DNA of 64,000 nucleotides, taken from Octopus sinensis. Lineage: Eukaryota. The notes below the pieces were generated by a model, which saw only the letters and a program-made list of their open reading frames with translations, did not search any database and was not told where the DNA came from. Below, in pieces: positions 55,499 to 64,000 of this stretch; the stretch's first letter is position 1, and each line of letters starts with the position of its first letter. The stretch lies in contig NC_043003.1 in the NCBI RefSeq assembly GCF_006345805.1, positions 98,704,001 through 98,768,000 of the forward strand, read 5' to 3'. Made by a program: the position numbers and the translations under genes.

Positions 55499-58400
55499 GT
55501 CTACATTCTGATACCAAGTATAGTCATCTAAAATCTCACACCAACTATACTCATCTATAATCTGATACCAAGTATACTCATCTACAACATGATACAAAGT
55601 ATACTCATCTAGAATTAGATACCACGTATATTCATCAATAATTTGATACCATGTATACTCATCTACATTCTGATACCAAGTATATTCATCGACAATCTCA
55701 TACCAACTATACTCAACTATAATCTGATACCAAGTATACTCATCTACAATCTGATACCAAGTATACTCATCTAGAATTAGATACCACGTATACTCATCAA
55801 TAATTTGATACCATGTATACTCATCTACATTCTGATACCAAGTATATTCATCTACAATCTCATACCAACTATACTCATCTATAATCTGATACCAAGTATA
55901 CTCATCTACAACATGATACCAACTATACTCATCTAGAATTAGATACCACGTATACTCATCAATAATTTGATACCATGTATACTCATCTACATTCTGATAC
56001 CAAGTATATTCATCTACAATCTCTTACCAACTATACTCATCGATAATCTAATACCAAGTATACTCATCTACAACATGATACCAAGTAAACTTATCAAGAA
56101 TTAGATACCACGTATACTCATCAATAATTTGATACCATGTATACACATCTACATTCTGATACCAAGTATACTCATCTACAATATCATACCAACTATACTC
56201 ATCTATAATCTGATACCAAGTATACTCATCTACAATTAGATACCAAGTATACTCATCAATAATTAGATACCATGTATACTCATCTACATTCTGATACCAA
56301 GTATATTCATCTACAATATCATACCAACTATACTCATCTACAATCTGATACCAAGTATACTCATCTACAATTAGATACCACGTATACTCATCAATAATTT
56401 GATACCATGTATACTCATCTACATTCTGATACCAAGTATATTCATCTACAATATCATACCAACTATACTCATCTATAATCTGATACCAAGTATACTCATC
56501 TACAATTAGATACCACGTATACTCATCAATAATTTGATACCATGTATACTCATCTACGTTCTGATACCCAGTATACTCATCTACAATATCATACCAACTA
56601 TACTCATCTACAATCTGATACCAAATATACTCAACTACAATTAGATACCACGTATACTCATCAATAATTTGATACCATGTATACTCATCTACATTCTGAT
56701 ACCAAGTATATTCATCTACATTCTCATACCAACTAAACTCATCTATTATCTGATACTAAGTATACTCATCTACAACATGATACCAAGTATACTAATCTAG
56801 AACTAGATACCACGTATACACATCAATAATTTGATACCATGTATACTCATCTACATTCTGATACCAAGTATACTCATCTACAATCTCATACCAACTATAC
56901 TCATCTATAATCTGATACCAAGTATATTCATCTACAACATGATACCAAGTATACACATTCTAGAATTTGATACCACGTATACTCATCAATAATTTGATAC
57001 CATGTATACTCATCTACATTCTGATACCAAGTATACCCATCTAGAATTAGATACCAAGTATAATCATCTACAATCTCATACAAACTATACTCATCTATAA
57101 TCTGATACCAAGTATACTCATCTACAATCTGATACCAAGTATACTCATCTAAAATTAGATACCCCGTATACTCATCAATAATTTGATACCATGTATACTC
57201 ATCTACATTCTGATACCAAGTATACTCATCTAGAATTAGATACCACGTATACTCATCAATAATTTGATACCATGTATACTCATCTACATTCTGATACCAA
57301 GTATACTCATCTACAATCTCACACCAACTATACTCATCTGTAATCTGATACCAAGTACACTCATCTACAACATGATACCAAGTATACTCATCTAGAATTA
57401 GATACCACGTATACTCATCAATAATTTGATGCCATGTATACTCATCTACATTCTAATACCAAGTACATTCATCTACAATCTCATACCAACTATACTCATC
57501 TATAATCTGATACCAAGTATACTCATCTACAACATGATACCAAGTATACTCATCTAGAATTAGATACCACGTATACACATCAATAATATGATGCCATGTA
57601 TACTCATCTACATTCTGATACCAAGTATACTGATCTACAATATCATAACAAATATACTCATCTATAATCTGATACCAAGTATACACATCTACAACATGAT
57701 ACCAAGTATAATCATTCTTGAATTAGATAACACGTATACTCATCAATAATTTGATACCATGTATACTCATCTACATTCTGATACCAAGTATACTCATCTA
57801 TAAACTCATACCAAATATACTCATCTATAATCTGATACCAAGTATACTCATCTACAATCTGATACCAAGTATACTCATCTAGAATTAGACCCACGTATAC
57901 TCATCAATAATTTGATACCATGTATACTCATCTACATTCTAATACCAAGTATACTCATCTACAATCTCATACCAACTATACTCATCTATAATCTGATACC
58001 AAGTATACTCATCTACAATCTGATACCAAGTATGCTCATCTAGAATTAGATACCACGTATACTCATCAATAATTTGATACCATGTATACTCATCTACATT
58101 CTAATACCAAGTATACTCATCTACAATTCTATAATCTGTACTTGGTATCAGAATGTAGATGGGTATACATGGTATCAAATTTTAGATGAGTATACTTGGT
58201 ATCTAATTCTAGATGTGAATACTTGGTTTCAGATTGTAGATGAGTTTACTTGGTATCAGATTATAGACGAGTATATTTGGTATGAGACTGTAGATGAGTA
58301 TACTTGATATCAGAATGTAGATGTGTATACATGGTATCAAATTATTGATGAGTATACGTGGTATCTAATTCTAGATTAGTATAATTGGTATCAGATTGTA

Positions 58401-61400
58401 GATGAGTATACTTGGTATCAGATTATAGATGATTATACTTGGTATCAGAATGTAGATGAGTATACATAGTATCAAATTTTTGATGAGTATACGTGGTATC
58501 TAATTCTACATGAGTATATTTGGTTTCAGATTGTAGATGAGTATACTTGGTATCAGATTATAGATGAGTATAGTTGTTATGAGATTGTAGATGAGTATAC
58601 TTTTGGTTCAGAATGTAGATGAGTATACATGGTATCAGATTATAGATGATTATACTTGGTATCAGAATGTAGATGAGTATACATGGTATCAAATTATTGA
58701 TGAGTATACGTGGTATCTAATTCTAAATGAGTATACTTGGTATCAGATTGTAGATGAGTATACTTGGTACTGAATGTAGATGAGTATACATGGTATCAAA
58801 TTATTGATAAGTATACGTGGTATCTAATTCTAGATGAGTATACTTGGTATCATGTTTTAGATGAGTATACTTGGTATCAGATTATAGATGAGTATAGTTG
58901 GTATGATATTGTAGATGAGTATACTTGGTATTAGAATGTAGATGAGTATACATGGTATCAAATTATTGATGAGTATACTTGGTATCAGATTATAGATGAT
59001 TATACTTGGTATCAGATTGTAGAGGAGTATACTTGGTATCAGATTATAGATGAGTATAGTTGGTATGAGATTGTAGATGAGTATACTTGGTATTAGAATG
59101 TAGATGAGTATACATGGTATCAAATTTGATGAGTATACGTGGTATCTAATTGTAGGATAGTATACTTGGTACAAATTGTAGATGAGTATCCTTGGTATCA
59201 GAATGTAGATGAGTATACATGGTATCAAATTATTGATGAGTATACGTGTTATCTAATTCAAGAATGAGTATACTTCGTATCATGTTGTAGATGAGTATAC
59301 TTGGTATCAGATTATAGATGAGTATAGTTGGTATGATATTGTAGATGAGTATACTTGGTAACAGAATGTAGATGAGTATACATGGCATCATATTATTGAT
59401 GTGTATACGTGGTATCTAATTCTAGATGAGTATACTTGGTATCATGTTGTAGATGAGTATACTTGGTATCAGATTATAGATGAGTATAGTTGGTATAAGA
59501 TTGTAGGTGAGTATACTTGGTATCAGAATGTAGATGAGTATACATGGTTTCAAATTATTGATGAGTATACGTGGTATCTAATTCTAGATGAGTATACTTG
59601 GTATCATGTTGTAGATGAGTGTACTTGGTGTCGGATTATAGATGAGTATAGTTGGTATGAGATTGTAGATGAGTATACTTGGTACTGAATGTAGATGAGT
59701 ATACATGGTATCAAATTATTGATAAGTATACGTGGTATCTAATTCTAGATGAGTATACTTGGTATCATGTTTTAGATGAGTATACTTGGTATCAGATTAT
59801 AGATGAGTATAGTTGGTATGATATTGTAGATGAGTATACTTGGTATTAGAATGTAGATGAGTATACATGGTATCAAATTATTGATGAGTATACGTGGTAT
59901 CTAATTCTAGATGAGTATACTTGGTATCAGATTGTAGAGGAGTATACTTGGTATCAGATTATAGATGAGTATAGTTGGTATGAGATTGTAGATGAGTATA
60001 CTTGGTATTAGAATGTAGATGAGTATACATGGTATCAAATTATTGATGAGTATACGTGGTATCTAATTGTAGGATAGTATACTTGGTATCAAATTGTAGA
60101 TGAGTATCCTTGGTATCAGAATGTAGATGAGTATACATGGTATCAAATTATTGATGAGTATACGTGTTATCTAATTCAAGAATGAGTATACTTCGTATCA
60201 TGTTGTAGATGAGTATACTTGGTATCAGATTATAGATGAGTATAGTTGGTATGATATTGTAGATGAGTATACTTGGTAACAGAATGTAGATGAGTATACA
60301 TGGCATCATATTATTGATGTGTATACGTGGTATCTAATTCTAGATGAGTATACTTGGTACCATGTTGTAGATGAGTATACTTGGTATCAGATTATAGATG
60401 AGTATAGTTGGTATGAGATTGTAGATGAATATACTTGGTATCAGAATGTAGATGAGTATACATGGTATCAAATTATTGATGAGTATACGTGGTATCTAAT
60501 TCTAGATGAGTATACTTGGTATCATGTTGTAGAAGAGTGTACTTGGTATCAGATTACAGATGAGTATAGTTGGTGTGAGTTTGTAGATGAGTATACTTGG
60601 TATCAGAATGTAGATGAGTATACATGGTATCAAATTATTGATGAGTATACGTGGTATCTAATTCTAGATGAGTATACGTGGTATCATGTTGTAGATGAGT
60701 ATACAGGTATCAGATTATAGATGAGTATAGTTGGTATAAAATTGTAGATGAGTATACTTGGTATCAGAATGTAGATGAGTATACATGGTTTCAAATTATT
60801 GATGAGTATACGTGGTATCTAATTCTAGATGAGTATACTTGGTATCATGTTGTAGATGAGTGTACTTGGTGTCGGATTATAGATGAGTATAGTTGGTATG
60901 AGATTGTAGATGAGTATACTTGGTACTGAATGTAGATGAGTATACATGGTATCAAATTATTGATAAGTATACGTGGTATCTAATTCTAGATGAGTATACT
61001 TGGTATCATGTTTTAGATGAGTATACTTGGTATCAGATTATAGATGAGTATAGTTGGTATGATATTGTAGATGAGTATACTTGGTATTAGAATGTAGATG
61101 AGTATACATGGTATCAAATTATTGATGAGTATACGTGGTATCTAATTCTAGATGAGTATACTTAGTATCAGATTGTAGAGGAGTATACTTGGTATCAGAT
61201 TATAGATGAGTATGTTGGTTGGTATGAGATTGTAGATGAGTATACTTGGTATTAGAATGTAGATGAGTATACATGGTATCAAATTATTGATGAGTATACG
61301 TGGTATCTAATTGTAGGATAGTATACTTGGTATCAAATTGTAGATGAGTATCCTTGGTATCAGAATGTAGATGAGATACATGGTATCAAATTATTGATGA

Positions 61401-64000
61401 GTATACGTGTATCTAATTCAAGAATGAGTATACTTCGTATCATGTTGTAGATGAGTATACTTGGTATCAGATTATAGATGAGTATAGTTGGTATGATATT
61501 GTAGATGAGTATACTTGGTAACAGAATGTAGATGAGTATACATGGCATCATATTATTGATGAGTATACGTGGTATCTAATTCTAGATGAGTATACGTGGT
61601 ATCATGTTGTAGATGAGTATACAGGTATCAGATTATAGATGAGTATAGTTGGTATAAGATTGTAGATGAGTATACTTGGTATCAGAATGTAGATGAGTAT
61701 ACATGGTTTCAAATTATTGATGAGTATACGTCGTATCTAATTCTAGATGAGTATACTTGGTATCATGTTGTAGATGAGTGTACTTGGTATCAGATTACAG
61801 ATGAGTATAGTTGGTATGAGATTGTAGATGAGTATACTTGGTATCAGAATGTAGATGTGTATACATGGTATCAAATTATTGAGGAGTATACGTGGTATCT
61901 AATTCTAGATTAGTATACTTGGTATCAGATTGTAGATGAGTATACTTGGTATCAGATTATAGATGATTATACTTGGTATCAGAATGTAAATGAGTATACA
62001 TGGTATCAAATTTTTGATGAGTATACGTGGAATCTAATTCTAGATGAGTATACTTGGTTTCAGATTGTAGATGAGTATACTTGGTATCAGATTATAGATG
62101 AGTATAGTTGTTATGAGATTGTAGATGAGTATACTTTTGTTTCAGAATGTAGATGAGTATACATGGTATCAGATTATAGATGATTATACTTGGTATCAGA
62201 ATGTAGATGAGTATACATGGTATCAAATTATTGGTGAGTATACGTGGTATCTAATACTAGATGAGTATACTTGGTATCATGTTGTAGATGAGTATACTTG
62301 GTATCAGATTATAGATGAGTATAGTTGGTGTGAGATTGTAGATGAGTATACTTGGTATCAGAATGTAGATGAGTATGCATGGTATTTAATTATTGATGAG
62401 TATACGTGGTATCTTATTCTAGATGAGTATACTTGGTATCATGTTGTAGATGAGTATACTTGGTATCAGATTATAGATGAGTATAGTTGGTATGAGATGG
62501 TAGATGAGTATACTTAGTATCAGAATGTAGATGAGTATACATGGTATCAAATTATTGATGAGTATACTTGGTATCTAATTTTAGATGAGTATACTTGGTA
62601 TCAGATTGTAGATGTGTATACTTGGTATCAGATTATAGATGAGTATAGTTGGTATGAGACTGTAGATGAGTATACTTGGTATCAGAATGTAGATGAGTAT
62701 ACATGGTATCAAATTATTGATGAATATACGTGGTATCAAATTCTAGATGAGTATACTTGGTATTATGTTTTAGATGAGTATACTTGGTATCAGATTATAG
62801 ATGAGTATAGTTGGTATGAGATTGTAGATGAGTATACTTGGTATCAGAATGTAGATGAGTATACATGGTATCAAATTATTGATGAGTATACGTGGTATCT
62901 AATTCTAGATGAGTATACTTGGTATCATGTTGTAGATGAGTATACTTGGTATCAGATTATAGATGAGTATAGTTGGTATGAGATTGTAGATGAGTATACT
63001 TGGTATCAGAATGTCGATGAGTATACATGGTATCAGATTATAGATGAGTATACTTGGTATCAGACTATAGATCAGTATACTTGGTATCAGAATGTAGATG
63101 AGTATACATGGTATCAAATTATTGATGAGTATACGTGGTATCTAATTCTAGATGAGTATAGTTGGCATGAGATTGTAGATGAGTATACTTGGTATCAGAA
63201 TGTAGATGACTATACATGGTATCAGATTATAGATGAGTATACTTGGTATCAGAATATAGATGAGTGTAGTTGGTATGAGATTGTAGATGAGTATACATGG
63301 TATCAGAATGTAGATGAGTATACATGGTATCAAATTATTGATGAGTATACGTGGTATCTAATTCTAAATGAGTATACATGGTATCAGATTATAGATGAGT
63401 ATACTTGGTATCAGATTATAGATGAGTATAGTTGGTATGAGATTGTAGATGATTATACTTGGTATCAGAATGTAGATGAGTATACATGGTATCAAATTCT
63501 TGATGAGTATACGTGGTATCTAATTCTAGATGAGTATTCGTGGTATCATGTTGTAGATGAGTATATTTGGTATCAGATTATAGATGAGTATAGTTGGTAT
63601 AAGATTGTAGATGAGTATACTTGGTATCAGAATGTAGATGAGTATACATGCTATCAAATTATTGATGAGTATACGTGGTATCCAATTCTAGATATTCTGA
63701 TAACAAGTATACTCATCTACCATCTCATACCAACTATACGCATCTATAATCTGATACCAAGTATACTCATCTACAACATAATACCAAGTATACTCATCTA
63801 GAATTAGATACCACGTATACTCACCAATAATTTGTTACCATGTATACTCATGTATATTCTGAAAACAAGTATACTTATCTACAATCTCATACCAACTATA
63901 CTCATCTATAATTTGATACCAAGTATACTCATCTACAACATGATACCATGTATACTCATCTAGAATTAGATACCACGTATACTCATCAATATTATACTCA
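55499..64000. repeat. 27-bp satellite array with 162-bp and 135-bp higher-order repeats and an internal inversion
   Basis: Monomer ATTGTAGATGAGTATACTTGGTATCAG; marker CTAGAATTAG at 55609, 55771, 55933 (period 162); TACAATTAG at 56231, 56366, 56501, 56636 (period 135); strand flips at ~58138 and ~63693. Confidence 0.97.

Noticed and set aside
55499-64000. CRISPR-like array or DEYTWY-repeat protein (395-aa ORF 62614-63801)
   Set aside because: Monomers are contiguous with no unique spacers and no cas genes. The ORF results from a 27-bp stop-free frame, is broken by indels elsewhere and crosses the inversion junction.

Overview
AT-rich eukaryotic, repeat-dominated DNA with no intact protein-coding gene that I can support. 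The microsatellite load, tRNA-derived SINEs and LINE mix suggest a cephalopod (Octopus-like) genome, which is an inference. Most ORFs in the track are microsatellite or satellite artefacts; the rest are decayed retroelement fragments. Contents: decayed LINEs (RTE, CR1-type, R4/Dong-type in (TAA)n, and another RLE-type family always in (CATA)n); a Penelope-like GIY-YIG fragment; three modular SINE groups, several with clear TSDs; Tc1/mariner and hAT MITEs; a 52-bp satellite; a 20-bp minisatellite; and a terminal 8.5-kb 27-bp satellite with 162/135-bp higher-order repeats and a 5.5-kb internal inversion. The most interesting signal is a set of short non-coding elements embedded in (TA)n that carry hammerhead-ribozyme-like motifs (about a dozen sites, several families with variant cores). 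One of them (43984-44053) has the hammerhead strands in a permuted, pseudoknot-like order that does not fit types I/II/III. Element boundaries were read by eye and are approximate unless a TSD/TIR is quoted.
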